DNA of 63,912 nt, the filler included, from Folioceros fuciformis (lineage: Eukaryota), in assembly GCA_049999805.1 (NCBI GenBank). It is 5 parts of 5 records of this genome, joined end to end, with 100 filler letters (N's around TTAATTAATTAA, not from the genome) between each part and the next. Parts side by side here need not be neighbours in the genome. Positions count along the whole stretch, not along the records: positions 1 to 17,921 come from JBNGIO010006380.1; 4 more parts are not named here. One strand, given 5' to 3'. The notes below the pieces were generated by a model. That model was not told the origin of the DNA, made no database searches, and saw only the letters and a program-made list of their open reading frames with translations. Positions 1 to 12,909 of this stretch are shown here, piece by piece (position 1 is the stretch's first letter; every line of letters starts with the position of its first letter). The translations under genes and the position numbers were made by a program.

Positions 1-259
1 ATCTTTTATAGATACTGTGCACCAGATTTATTATTTTTTCCGATGACTCGATCTCGTTCAACCAAAGGAGTTCTTACATATCTAAAAACAAACATGGAAA
101 ACATCTCGACTCAAAACTAATTATTTTGCTAATTTTAATATGGCTCAATTCGTATTTTCCGCCACGTCATGTATTTCATGCCAGATTAGGTTTCTTGCAA
201 ACCCAACCTTAGGGATATGCCTCAGAAATTGATTGGATTGCAAAACGAAGAAAGAGTTC

Positions 260-3200
260 TATGGAGTGATTTCTTACACCTAAGAACCACCAAAAGGGCC
301 ACACTTCCCCTTATTATCGTTGTAGTCTTATGATTCGCTCCCAAGGGAGAGAACTAGTATCAAGGATTATCTACAATTACCTACTCTCGCTTCTACTTAT
401 TAGCTGGTCCCTACTTCTGGCCGCACTCTAGCAAAAAGGTCAAAATCCCTAGCCTACCTTCAGCTCAATCCACTAATCCCACGCTCCAGCACTTCAATCA
501 TTCACCTCTTCACTTCAGCTCACACTTCTGCACTCCAGCAGCTCACACTTCTGCACTCCAGCAGCTCGCATTTCACTTCACTTCACTCCAACACTTCCCC
601 ACTCCAACACTTCCCCACTTTGCTTCAACTCACCCCTAAAATTTAGGACACAATAGCCTCGCTTCTTGCAGTCTTCAAGCACGAGTGTGGGAACTGGGAC
701 TAGATAACCCTCCTGACTCACACGGATCTCAACAATCTTGGGATCTATCACGTCCCCTTAGTGGCAAGGGGGATCAAGTCCTTGGTTCAGTGTCAAACCG
801 GCTTAGCAATCTAAACCAGGAGTCTGTGCACAAGGTCAAGGGAAATCACACCATAGACCACCCCTCCCTCAATGGCAAGTCCACCTTCTTATACTACCTA
901 ACCCTCCATCTCTATCTATTAGGGTTAACTTGAATCAACCACCTAACCATCTCTCTCTGACCTAAGCCACAAGTACACCTGTTTCTGACCTGTACCTAAC
1001 CTAAGTATGACTTAACCTAACCTCAGTCAGACCTAAACCTAACCTAGGTCGGACCTACACCTAACCTAGGTCTGACCTAAACCTAACCTAGGTCTGACCT
1101 AAACCTAACCTAGGTCTGACCTAACCTAACCTAAGTCTGACCTAACCTAATCAGGTCTAAACTAAACCTAACCTAGTTCTGACNNNNNNNNNNGACCTAA
1201 CCTAATCAGGTCTAAACTAAACCTAACCTAGTTCTGACCCAGACCTAACCTAGGTCTGACCTAACCTAACCTAGGTTTGACCTAACCCTAATCAGACTAG
1301 TTCTGATCCCAACTAAGAAGCCTAATTCTAATCTACCCTTGCTTCTAATTGCCCGTTCCCCTTGACACCACTAGTTGCCCTTTATCCAAAATTATCAGCC
1401 CCTCACATCTACCAAAAATCAGGAGTGCTTCTCACACCCCCCTCCGATCATCCTACACCCTTCATTCCCTCCATTCCGCTGGCCAAGACTCATGTCCCGG
1501 CAAAACTACCCACCTAGCGCCCCANNNNNNNNNNTGCTGGCCAAGACTCATGTCCCGGCAAAACTACCCACCTAGCGCCCCTGGATGAGCACCTTGCGAG
1601 CTGGGCATTGGAGATGACACCCCACCAATCCTGCCAACATAACCATCACTAGGCTTCCCACCCACTAGCAGCACACCTATGCTAGCACACCTATGCTAGA
1701 CTTTCAGCCTATAAGCAACCAGGCTTGCTGCTAGTGGATGGAAAGCCGAATGCCGCTTATGTCCCATGTCTGGATGGGGTAGTTTGCCAATCCCTCAACT
1801 TTGTCCGCACACATCCTCCTGGCAGCCTTCTCCTCCGACCCTTGTCCAGGCCACCATAATCCCCTTGAACTGGACATGGATCTTGAGACTGGCCACAACC
1901 TAATTGAGCAATCGTCCAGTCCCTTTGACCTTCTGGTCCGGGCTCAGGCCAGAGTGCAGCAACTCATCAGCATACCATACCCGTAATCCGCACTTTTGGA
2001 GATCCTTTAGGATGTTTAGCAGAACCTGCGGCAAGCCAGACTACTTCGGAGAGGGATGCGCCACCAGCTGCCCATTGCTCGCGCTCATGGCTTTGATCCT
2101 TTCCAACCTCCTCACAAGCATCCGTCCGCTTAACCCCATCCCCGGAACTTTACGAAATCCACACTGTTTTCACCCTCACCGACTAGGAGGGCTTCCACAT
2201 CAGGCTACTGCTGGAAAATGGGGGCCATTCAAAAGAAGTCAGACAAGCCCCCTTACCGTCTTTCACCAGCTGAGGCCGTAGCCTCATCATGTAGAGGCTG
2301 GTGTAGGACAACCTAGATATAAGGCATGCAAAGGGCACCCCCGGCCAGACCATCCTACCCCTATCTGGCCCAACTATGATCAGCTCGGCCAGAGGTCGAA
2401 CCCCGGCCTCCGTCCTCAAGGATCTGGCCGGCAAGCCCCTCTGCAGATCCTGCTTAGCCAGCCATCCGGCTGGCCCCAGGATCGGCCAGCCAGCACGGGC
2501 GGATCCAGCACCGCCCCTGGCTGATCCGCTTCGGCCTGCTGGATCCAGCCCAGTTCCACCTGACCGGTTCTGGTCCGCCCACCGACGCCTGGGCCTGCCC
2601 GTAATTGCCTGCACTGCCGATCCACCACCACCACCTGCCCCTCGTCGAGACCAGCCGGCCAGTGCCTTGGTCCCACCGTGAATCCATCCTGGCCCGTTCC
2701 TGCAAGCCAGGCGGCCTGCCTGCTCCGCCCCGGCCAGTCCCCCCAGCCTAGATCCATGCCCGGCCTGGGTTCGGGCTCGATTCGCCACCACCGGCTTGGC
2801 TAGGCTGAGCCCGAGGCATGCCGGCTTGGGTCCCGCATCGCCCCTGCCCCGACACGGCCTGCTTCAACCAGGCAGGATGCTGTGCCCAGCCGAGACCAGC
2901 CAAACCCGGCCGATCGCCCCCCTGCAACCGACGCCCATTCCCCCTGGCTCTGGCTAGGCAGCCAGCCCGCGGCCCGGTTGCTGCCTGTGGCCCGACCAGC
3001 CTGCTAGCAGCCAGCTAGCCCGGCTGGTCGAGCAGCACAACCAGCCACAGCCAGCCCGGCTCAGGGGTTGCAAACCGACCGCCAATCCCGACCAACCCGG
3101 CCGCCCAGCCACACTCCCCGGATCTAGCCACAACGCCTAGCTGCACAACCACTTGGATGCTCCACAGCTGTTGAAGGAGTGCCGCTACCCAGCCTGTCCG

Positions 3201-3911
3201 GAACCCTATGCCATTGCCGCCATAGCACTGTAGTACACTGCCTGTTCGTCGAGCCCTTAGATGAGTCCAACAGCCCGCGCTCCGCATCCTTGAGCCCCGG
3301 TCGCAGTAGATCTGCCATGACGGATCTCCGAATCTCTCTGCCCTGGAAGTAGATGCCAACTTGGTGCTTGGTTGCAGCCTCTAGCCTCCCGTGACCACAA
3401 AACAGGCAGCGCGATAGGCCATCAGGAACGACTCCCAGCCATAGCCACCGCAGATAGTGACCAACCCGGCCACTGGTCAAGCCAGTCCCACTTGCATCCC
3501 CTGACCTTGTGACCCACATCCAGTCCGACTAGTGAGCAAGAGTGCGCCACAGGACCTGCCTTGCTGGTTGCCTGCTTATGCCATGATATCGTCGACAACG
3601 CCTGCACCGGAGCCCTCGTCCTACCTGCCCCTGATCGGGCATGCCCCGACCCTCCGTCTCCTCGTCCTTGTCACTACCTGGCCGCTCGAGGCAGCTCCAC
3701 TCACGAGTTTGGGTTCCACACACATCTGGACACCCTAACCAGAGGGACCTAACCTGTGTCCTACCTACCACACACCCTACCTAGACCCTACTCACTAACC
3801 CTCTAATCTAACCCAATTTCCTAACCGTTTCTCTACAAAATTCAATCAGAGATTCCCAAAAAAAGAAACCCTACCATTTTCTAGGAGTCTGTTCATCCTG
3901 TGGACTCCACA
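260..3911. mobile_element. Large solo LTR or non-autonomous LTR element, 3652 bp
   Basis: Termini TATGGAGT (260) and ACTCCACA (3904-3911) are an imperfect inverted pair flanked by a direct 5-bp TSD AGTTC (255-259, 3912-3916). A homologous end starting TGTGGAGT is at 17741. No gag/pol ORF recognised inside. Confidence 0.8.
960..1320 (+). repeat. ~21-bp tandem satellite (CCTAACCTAGGTCTGACCTAA-like) inside the LTR element
   Basis: Many degenerate CCTAACCTAGGTCTGA units seen directly, with an N10 gap inside. Confidence 0.85.
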
Positions 3912-4295
3912 AGTTCCAAGGTTGACTAAGGTCTACTTTCTATCCTAAGGAAAAATAACCACAATCCGTGATGGAAAGGCTCACTAGATCTTTACATTTT
4001 GAAGAGAAGAAGCATGAATACAGAGTGCAGATTGTCAACTTGCATGCTATTTTTGCACACCATGTATTTCAAGTCAATTTCAGTTTCTTTGCAAACCCAA
4101 CCTTAACAATATACCTCGAAAATTGATTAGGCTGCAAAACGAAGAAAGAGTGTCAAGGCTGTATGAAGTTTGTTTCAATCCTAGGCAAAAACAACTAGTT
4201 TTACTTGAATCCATTGACCAAAAGGCTCACTAGATCTTTACATTTTGAAAAGAAGAAGCATGAGGATATCATGTAGGTTGTCAACTTGCATGCCA
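3912..4295 (+). repeat. ~240-bp degenerate tandem repeat; its first unit begins at ~168 and is split by the LTR
   Basis: GCAAACCCAACCTT...GAAGAAAGAG at ~197-256 and ~4091-4150. AGGCTCACTAGATCTTTACATTTTGAA at ~3977 and ~4223. Confidence 0.75.
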
Positions 4296-5888
4296 TTCTC
4301 ATGCTACCTACTGAGCAAACATGTTTTCATCACCTTGCTCTCAAGACCCATGGGGTCATAGACAAGGACTTTTGAAGGCTCGTGAAGGAGTATCCAAAGG
4401 TTTCTTTCAGTCATATGAATGGGTTCTCCCTCTTTCTTTAGTGATGGCCTTTGTTCAACCCTAATATCAACCCTCATTTGCTCTTTTTGTTATTTAAAAG
4501 CAATAGGATTCTAGCTAACCCCCTCCTTGGTCAAAACCGCATGTGCAAGTTTTCTTTAGTGTGGTTGTATGAAGAGAAATTTCTACACGTAGTTCTCATG
4601 CGAGAAAGCTCAAGCCTACCTATCCAACCATTTTGAGGTACACCATGATAATGCAGTAAGACTTGCGGTTTTTGAACCCAACTCATTTTCCAGCACCCTT
4701 TGCAAAGGGCGTTGGCTAATGCGATCTTTAGAATAAGGAGAAGTGCAGATATAGTAGCTTTGTGGGCACCGATTATAGGTAGGGCTTTTGTCACTTCACG
4801 ACATTATAGGAATGATAGATTGTTTTTTGGGAATGATATTCAAGAGGGCTGGTCCCCTTTTGGCTTTTGGCCCTAGATATTGTTCTTCCTTATTTTTGGG
4901 TAGATGGGATTTTTTTTCATCTTTTCTTAACAATATATATTTGATAGAAAACTTGAGCAAATGGTTGAAGTTAGGAAATGCAACCTTTTTCTTGTTCTAA
5001 AGAGAGCACTAGAAATATTTATAGACTCGTATTGGTCGTTCCATTAATCAAAATAGACATAACCAGAAGTGTGTTTGGATAAGCGTCAAGTTGAGTACAT
5101 AGAGTTGAAAGTTGAAGTACTCTAGGGTTGAAAGTTGAAGTACTGTAGGAGGAGACTTGTGCATTGTTGCTAGACTTTACTAAATCCTTCCATGTGTTTT
5201 GGCCATTGGCAAATGCCGTCAGCACGCATATGTCGACAATCACCCTAAAGCAAAACAATATATGTCAAACCATGGAAAGAGACTCATAACCCAATTAAAT
5301 GCAGGCCAAGGATGCAACACGCGTTGAACTGCAATGGTGGGATTACGAGTTTTCTAAGGAGGAGCGGAGAGACGAGAGACTGATTAAGAGGCCAAGCTCA
5401 CCGTACTCCTGCTAAGTGCGCCAGCAGAACGTGTTTTAGCCTCGCAGCAGCTTTTCGTTTCCTAACATGGCTCAAGTCTATCCGAACGGCACCAAGGCGC
5501 CCAGTGTTCATCACCTTGGGAAATCCTGCTTGTGCTGTTACATAATTCACAGACAATACCGAGAACACCTGTGCCTGCGCCTGATTTTTGCGGATTCCTG
5601 GGGATTGTGGACATGTGAGAGTCTATGTATGTCTGCAGTGGCCATGTGCATGAGATGCCACCGAGGACGTTGTACGGGAGAGGCATCTGAGGCTTTGCGG
5701 CCTTAGACGAAGCGCATGGTTTGCCCTCTGACTCTCTCTCTGTCCAGATGTGCGGACACAAATGAATCCCTGTCCGAATCACATCAATTGTAGCAAGTCA
5801 GCTGTTCTTTCAGAGGGAACTGTGTCTGGAAGGCCATACTGTGTCGTTGTAGGCTGTTCAGACAGGGAAGGGAAGAGGTGTCACAGAA

Positions 5889-8127
5889 ATGGCATTCCTT
5901 GGCATCGTCCTCCCTGGGTCACTAATTGATGGGTTTAATTCTGCCTTCATTCTTACAATTGCCTCGGTTGCTGTGGCGCTGTTGGCCATTTGGAAGAGCT
6001 ATGAAGGGAAGAAGCTGCCTCTTCCTCCAGGACCTCTCAACTGGCCTTTGGTGGGCAGCATGTTTGCCATAGGACCGGACCCTCTTGTCGGTTTCTCAAA
6101 GCTTGCTGAACGGTACGGACCGTTGATGTACATGAGGCTCGGATCACGCTCCACACTCGTGGTTTCCAATGTGGAGGTATTCTCATCTCGTTGTGGCCAT
6201 AGGTTGGTTGCGGATTGTGGATGTTTCTTTCATCAAATCTCCATGCTCAATCTTGAAATGGGTCTCTAAATGGGACGTTGTTGAATCAAACTGTTTGCTT
6301 CAAATGTGCTACAAGATGGCGAAGGAAGTCTTAACGGTGCACGATGCCGCCTTCGCCTCCAGTCCGTACATGATGATTGCCGAGTATCTTAACTTTGGCA
6401 AGAGCCTCAGTTTCTCGCCCACCACAGACCAATCCAAGATGTGGCGAAAGATTATGAACTCGGACCTGCTGAGTGCTCCTCGGATAAAAGATTCTAGGCA
6501 TATTAGAGAAGAGGAAGCAGCTGCCATGGTAAACTCGGTCTGCAGTTCGCACGAATTCGGCGAGCCTGTAGTCCAACATGGAACTTATGGATCTTGACAG
6601 TTCAGGGGCACCACTAATTTGGAGCAAGAATCTTCCAACTTGCAAGTATGTTGAAGGTATAACAAACAATGTCTGACAGGGACGGGACTGGATGTTCTCC
6701 GCCTGCTGGATGGATTCGCCATGAACAGCATGTTCCGACTGATTTATGGCAAACAGTACTTTAAGGCCGACGGGGAAGTCGTCGAGGACGTCCAGTTCTA
6801 TCACGATAAGATTACACTGGGATTTGGGGCCATATCTAGCAAGTTCAACGTCGCAGAAGTGATACCCTCCCTAAGGTGAGGTCATACCTACTTGCTTGTG
6901 TTAACATCTGCCAGTTCATGTTGTGCATTTGTACAGTATGGTGTTCAACCTGCAACTTGGCTATGATCTATCAGGTGGCTGGAGAAGCAATGCAAGCAAC
7001 TCGGGGAAGATCTGAAGCATGTGATGCCACCTCTCCTCATGGAGCGCAGACAGAAGCGTCAGGAGGGGACACGGATCCGGGAGTGCTTTCTGGATGGGTT
7101 GCTGGCTCAAGAAGGCGACAGAAAAATTCTCAGACGACGAGATACTGGGGTTGTGTTCGGTAAGATGCAAAGAATGTCCAGCAGCTCTGCTCGCTAGCTA
7201 GCAGAAATAGGGCACAGTCATTCATAGGCTGTTGGGAGGGCTCACCTCGCCGATACTTCGTACCAGCAGGATGTGTTGGGTGCTGGGACACACTTCAGCC
7301 AGAGCAGGCCAATGGACCATGGCGTACCTTGTTCGCTACTCTCACATGCAGGCTAATATTCGTGAAGAGCTTGACACGGTGGCGGGCAAAGGAAGACGAG
7401 TGTCAGAGGCTGACATCCCAAACCTGCCGTACATACAGGTGAGTTTGCTTAGCCAGTGAAGCTGACTTCCTGCACTGAAATATTCCTGCGTTTTGCTGGG
7501 CAGAGGAAATTGTTCAATTCAGAAGAAACAAGTGTACTTGTTGCTATAGGCCGTGGTGAAGGAAGCTCATAAACTGCGACCTGTTGTACCTCTAGGAGTG
7601 CCTCACCACAGTGATAAGGAACTTGTGGTGGCGGGCTACAGAGTACCTGCCAAGACCCAACTCTTCATAAACTTGATGGCTGTGATGTCGGACGAACGCC
7701 ACTGGGAGAAGCCCTTGGAGTTCAGGCCGGAAAGGTTTCTGGACCAAGATATTAGCGCATTCGGCAATGACTTCCGGTTTCTTCCGTTCGGAACTGGACG
7801 ACGAGGGTCCGCTGTGCTCCTTTCCTTACTACCTGTCCGCACTTATGTTTCAAGGCAAACCAGCCGCTATCCCCTTACATGCATCCATCGTTGATCATTC
7901 AAATCTTGGAACGTTTGTGCTGCTGCAGGTGCCCTAGAGCTGTGCTGGCCATGACCGCTGTAACTCTCAGTGTAGCAACGTTGCTGCACGCCTTCCATTG
8001 GAGCCTTCCTGATGGTCAACTTGAGGAGGAGATGGACTTCAGCCCTACTTTCGCCCTCACTGCACACATGAAACAGCCACTTGTTGCAGTTCCCACTCCC
8101 AGACTTCCTGCCAACGTGTACTTGTAA
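5889..8127 (+). pseudogene. Cytochrome P450, CYP71 clan (A-type), multi-exon, probably inactivated
   Basis: N-terminal TM helix, LPPGP hinge, YGPLMYMRLG, I-helix DVLGAGTHTS, FRPERF, and heme motif FGTGRRG/CPR split by an intron (~7806-7929). GT-AG introns at 6177, 6876, 7160 and 7439. One frameshift near 7120, ExxR reads EAHK, and CPG reads CPR. Confidence 0.85.
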
Positions 8128-9112
8128 CAGACCCACTACTCAATATGTATAGGTTTGGTACAAATGCAGGTTCATCCTTCAGACTCGTGTACATCAGGAG
8201 GAGGATGGGGAAAAAAATATTGTAGACGAAGGTCGTTTGAAGATGTATCGTGAACGCATGTTTTTCTTTCAGAATCATGTGCATCAGGAGGATAATCAAA
8301 GCAAAGCTTGTTGAAAAGCTTGCTCAAGGTAGTTGCAAAAGGATGCCTACGACCAGTCGGTATGCAGCATAGGAATGAAGAGGAACAGAAGGTTGCTGGC
8401 TACGGAGAGTAGACCAACACCCGGGTCTTGATTTCTTTGGTAGTTCGACTGCTAGACTAATATCCGTAGGAGAAAGTCATAAACTCCAGGTGGCACAAAT
8501 TTCTCATACAAGACATCACCGCTGTCTGACAAAGTTTCCGCATCCTCCCTTTCTCGACTGGAAGTCCCTGCTCCTTCCGTGCCATTTGTCTTCCATTGCA
8601 ATAATACAAACCGGTACAATCCTCACGTCGGATCATCTGCATGTGCACTGGAACGCCGGTGACACGGGCGACTCTGGGTCTGGCAACCGTTCTCCATGTC
8701 TTCCGCCAGGAAGCATCCTGACGGCCAAGCAGTTGACGACATGGGCATAACTCCCCCTGTTCATTTAAGGCCCTACGAGAATACTGCTTATCGCAGTCGC
8801 CGAGCTCGGACTACCTGTGAACTTACGCAAGACCTAGGTCCCTCAGGAAGCCAGATCGGTTCTACGCACAAAAAGGATCGTTGCTTTTTAACACCAAGGT
8901 TTCCGAATTGTGGATTATGTGCCGCCTGAAGGATATGTTCATCGATCTTAGACTTACGATGACTTCTCAGAGCTGGGGCTGTGTAAATTCTGTGTCCTCG
9001 TGTGGATCAGGGCTGCCTCCAATGTTTCACTCAACGCATTCGCAGGGCAACAGAACTTACCCGACCGCAGGGACTCCGGCGTTGCCAATTCAGGAAGCCC
9101 TGAGGTCCAGCA

Positions 9113-12100
9113 GTGTTTCGCAAAAACCACCTCCTCCGACAGGATGTGGAGGAGCAGGAGGTCGTCCGTTCATTGTCGGATGCCATTGTGCCTCGCAGGT
9201 CTGCAGGTGCAGGGTATAAGATGAGCGGAACGGTGAAGACTGTGATGAAACTGTGTCAGCAGGGACTGCTCAGTGAGGCTGTTCAGGCTCTGGGAGTCTT
9301 AGTGCATGCAGAATGTCGGATTCCCAAAATTGTCTTTTCTTCTGTCCTGGGAAAGTGTGTGGGGAAGAAGGATGTGGGTTTCGGACGCCGTGTTCATGCT
9401 CTTATTGTGAAGACGGGTTTCGAGGCGGACTCGTTCTTGTGCAACCACGTCGTGCGAATGTATGCTTTTCATGGAATGTTGCAAGAAGCGATGGATGTGC
9501 TCACCACGGTTGCTGTGCCAGATGCGTTTATGTGGTCTGCCTTAATCTCTGGACATGTTAAACACGGTCAAGCTAAACGGGCCATAGAACTCTATCGTGA
9601 GATGCGGAGGTCAAGAGTGAAGCCAGATGGGTATGTGTTTGTAGCAGCACTGCAAGCTTGTGCAAAGGTAGCAGACCTGAAATGTGGACAGCAGATGCAT
9701 GCTGACGTGCTGTGCAGTGGGGTTCAGCTTGATTTGTTTGTCTGTAATGCCTTGGTGGACATGTATGCCAAGTGTGGCAGCTTGGAAGAGGCACAGAGGG
9801 TGTTTGATGCACTTCAGCAGAAAGATGTTGTGACGTGGACAGCTCTGATAGCAGGTTATTGCCAGCAGGCCAAGGGTGAGAAAGCCCTCCATCTTTACAG
9901 TGCTATGCAGCAGGAGGGCACGACTGTGCCCAATATTGTGACGTTTGTGTCCCTCCTGCATGCATGTGCAAGTCTGGGTACCTCGGCTCTGGAGAAAGGG
10001 AAAGAGCTTCATGCTCAGGTTAGAAAGAGAGGACTTGAAGCAGATGTGACAGTCAGCAATAATTTGATAAACATGTATGCAAAGTGTGGCAGCCTGGAGG
10101 ACGCCCACAGCGTGTTTCACAAACTTCCTCAAAAGAATGTGGTGACGTGGACTAGTCTGATTGCAGGGTATTCCCAGCAAGGCATGGGGAAAGAAGGCCT
10201 TCGTCTTTACAGTGCAATGCAAGCCGAAGGTGTCACGCCCAATGCTGTCACTTTTGTGTCCCTCCTGCAGGCCTGTGCAAGTCTTGGTTCTGAGGCTTTG
10301 GAGAAGGGGAAGCAGCTCCATGCACAGATTGGACAGGAAGGACTTGAAGCTGATGTGGCTGTAGGTTCCAGCCTGGTGAACATGTATGCCAAGTGTGGCA
10401 ACTTGCAGGATGCTCGTGATGTGTTTGACGGGCTTTGTGACAAGGATGTAGTGACGTGGAATGGCATGATAGCGGGATATTCGCAACAAGGCATGGGGCA
10501 GGAAGCGCTTGATCTCTACAGTGCTATGCAACAAGAGGGTATGGTGGCACCCAATGCCTCAACATTTGTGTGCCTCCTACAGGCATGTGCCAGTCTCGGG
10601 GCCCCTGCCTTGGAGAAGGGAAAGCAACTTCATGCACAGATGCAAGAACAAGGGGTCAAGGCTGATAATGTCGTAGGTTGCAGCCTGGTAAATATGTATG
10701 CAAAGTGTGGCAGCTTGAAAGATGCGGAAAGAGTCTTTGAGAGACTCGGTCGCAAAGATGTGGTGACTTGGAACGCCATGATCGCAGGATACTCGCAGCA
10801 GAGGTTGTGCGAGCAAGCCCTCGGTCTTTACAGTGTAATGCAGCAGCAAGGTAATGTTGCACCCAGTTATGTGACATTTGTTTGCCTCCTACAGGCGTGC
10901 GCGAGTGTGGGTACCTCTGCTCTGGAGCAAGGCAAGCAGCTTCATACACACATTCGGGGGCGAGGACTTCAAGCTCATTTGGCTGTGGGCAACAACCTGA
11001 TCAACATGTACGCAAAGTGTGGCAGCTTAGAGGATGCTCGGAGCGTGTTTGACGAACTTCCTCAAAAGAACGTGGTGACGTGGACCGCTCTGATAGCAGG
11101 ATATTCGCAACACGGGCTGGGTCAGGAAGCCCTTCACCTGTACAGCGCTATGCAGGAAGTGGGTATTGCGGCACCCAATTCTGTGACGTTTGTGTGCCTC
11201 CTGCAAGCATGTGCCAGTGTGGGTAATGAGGCGCTGGAGACAGGGAAGCATCTTCATGCTCAGATTGGAGAACAAGGGCTACAAGCTGATGTGGTTGTGG
11301 GCTGCAGCCTGGTTAACATGTATGCAAAGTGTGGCAGCATTCAGGATGCTCAGATCGTGTTTGACAAACTTTGTGACAAGGATGTGGTGACATGGAATGC
11401 CATGATTGCAGGATACTCCCAGCAGGGCATGGGTCAGGAAGCCCTCGGTGTGTACACTGCCATGCAACAGGAAGGCATAGATCCACCTGATGCTATCACA
11501 TTCGTGTGCCTCCTCCAAGCATGTGCAAGCGTAGGAGACCTCCAGGTGGGGGCACGGCTTCAAGCACAGGTCGAAGAACGAAAGCTCCAAACCGAGCTGA
11601 CTGTGGGCAACAGCCTGATCAACATGTATGCGAAGTTCGGGTACATGGTTGACGCACAAAATGTGTTCGACGCCATGCCTGAAAGAGACGTTGTCACCTG
11701 GAACGCCCTGATTGCAGGATACACTCGTCAGGGAGACAGTGAGCTCGTCTTCGACTTGGTGCACAGAATGAGGCGGGATGGCGTCCAGCCCAACAGCATC
11801 ACGTTCCTCAGCATTCTAACAGCCTGCAGCCACGCAGGCCTTGTGCCCGAGGGGCAGGACTACTTCGAGGCAATGCGCAGGGACTGCGGCATCACCCCAG
11901 CCGTGGAGCACTACTCATGCATGGTGGATCTCCTGGGTCGTGCGGGCCAACTAGAGGAGGCACTGTCGGTGGTGAGGACAATGCCTCTCCAGCCCCACGA
12001 CGCAGTCTGGCACTCTCTCTTGGGTGCCTGCCAAAAATGGAGCAACGTGGACATGGGACGCCTTGCCTTCGACGAAGCTCTTAAGCTAGACGAGAAGGAC

Positions 12101-12361
12101 GCTGCAGCCTACGTCCTGATGGCCAACATCTACACAGGTGCCCAGATGTGGGAAGAGGCCCAGCAGATACAGGTGAGGAGAAGGGCTGTCGGGGCAAGGA
12201 AGCCCCCAGGCCAGAGCTGGTGGACAGACATGGACGGACTGGTGCATAGCTTTTCAGTCGGGGATGCGAAGCGTTCAGATTGTGAAGCCATCTACTCAAG
12301 GCTGCGACAACTTGTTTCCCAGACGAAGAACGAAGGCTACGTACCAAAGTCATGTTCGTAA
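9113..12361 (+). CDS. PLS-class PPR protein with E1/E2 and WW-type PG box/E+, no DYW (organellar RNA editing specificity factor)
   Basis: Uninterrupted ORF, first in-frame ATG at 9221. About 8 P-L-S triplets (MYAKCGSLEDA, DVVTWNA, VTFVCLLQAC), then ACSHAG, HYSCMVDLLGRAG, WHSLLGAC, AYVLMANIY, KPPGQSWWTD and GYVP before the stop. Confidence 0.93.
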   Translation: MFRKNHLLRQDVEEQEVVRSLSDAIVPRRSAGAGYKMSGTVKTVMKLCQQGLLSEAVQALGVLVHAECRIPKIVFSSVLGKCVGKKDVGFGRRVHALIVKTGFEADSFLCNHVVRMYAFHGMLQEAMDVLTTVAVPDAFMWSALISGHVKHGQAKRAIELYREMRRSRVKPDGYVFVAALQACAKVADLKCGQQMHADVLCSGVQLDLFVCNALVDMYAKCGSLEEAQRVFDALQQKDVVTWTALIAGYCQQAKGEKALHLYSAMQQEGTTVPNIVTFVSLLHACASLGTSALEKGKELHAQVRKRGLEADVTVSNNLINMYAKCGSLEDAHSVFHKLPQKNVVTWTSLIAGYSQQGMGKEGLRLYSAMQAEGVTPNAVTFVSLLQACASLGSEALEKGKQLHAQIGQEGLEADVAVGSSLVNMYAKCGNLQDARDVFDGLCDKDVVTWNGMIAGYSQQGMGQEALDLYSAMQQEGMVAPNASTFVCLLQACASLGAPALEKGKQLHAQMQEQGVKADNVVGCSLVNMYAKCGSLKDAERVFERLGRKDVVTWNAMIAGYSQQRLCEQALGLYSVMQQQGNVAPSYVTFVCLLQACASVGTSALEQGKQLHTHIRGRGLQAHLAVGNNLINMYAKCGSLEDARSVFDELPQKNVVTWTALIAGYSQHGLGQEALHLYSAMQEVGIAAPNSVTFVCLLQACASVGNEALETGKHLHAQIGEQGLQADVVVGCSLVNMYAKCGSIQDAQIVFDKLCDKDVVTWNAMIAGYSQQGMGQEALGVYTAMQQEGIDPPDAITFVCLLQACASVGDLQVGARLQAQVEERKLQTELTVGNSLINMYAKFGYMVDAQNVFDAMPERDVVTWNALIAGYTRQGDSELVFDLVHRMRRDGVQPNSITFLSILTACSHAGLVPEGQDYFEAMRRDCGITPAVEHYSCMVDLLGRAGQLEEALSVVRTMPLQPHDAVWHSLLGACQKWSNVDMGRLAFDEALKLDEKDAAAYVLMANIYTGAQMWEEAQQIQVRRRAVGARKPPGQSWWTDMDGLVHSFSVGDAKRSDCEAIYSRLRQLVSQTKNEGYVPKSCS

Positions 12362-12909
12362 CCTCTACGGTCATCTCCGTGACCTCCGCGCATGTCACGC
12401 GCGAAGCTCATACACGAACCACCGCCGATTTTCCCGCCTCTCGATTCTGTGCTGAGTCGTGAGAGTGAAGCATGAAGTCCCCTTCATACCCAAGGAATGG
12501 CAGGCCTGCCGCCTGCTGACGTCGAAGCTGAGGCTCGTGGCACCTTTCCGGTCGTTGCGTGTACTGGGCTTCCACCTCACTGAGAAATGCACGATGATGG
12601 CTCGTGCGATAATGTAAACAAAGCGGACCTCTCGTCCTCCGCGCTGCCCCTTCCCCGCAGAGAGCGCCTGATTTTTTGACGACACTGCCTTTGTCTCTTG
12701 AAACNNNNNNNNNNNNNNNNNNNNNNNNNNNNNNNNNNNNNNNNNNNNNNNNNNNNNNNNNNNNNNNNNNNNNNNNNNNNNNNNNNNNNNNNNNNNNNNN
12801 NNNNTCTTGAAACCGCTGACAGCTCGCGAGTGTGAACCCGAGCCCTCGGAAGATCGAGCTCCTTCGTCCTCTGGCTGAAGCCGCTGGAAGACGGGAGCGC
12901 AACCCATCC

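Noticed and set aside
1478-1582. Direct repeats flanking N gaps (also ~1140-1240, 12696-12812, 58345-58410)
   Set aside because: Overlapping contig ends left by scaffolding.
2183-3771. GC-rich overlapping ORFs on both strands
   Set aside because: No recognisable domain. They lie inside the LTR element and are expected by chance at high GC.
9299-11764. Long antisense ORFs over the PPR gene (similarly over the LRR, LecRK and PPO genes)
   Set aside because: Shadow frames of repetitive coding sequence.
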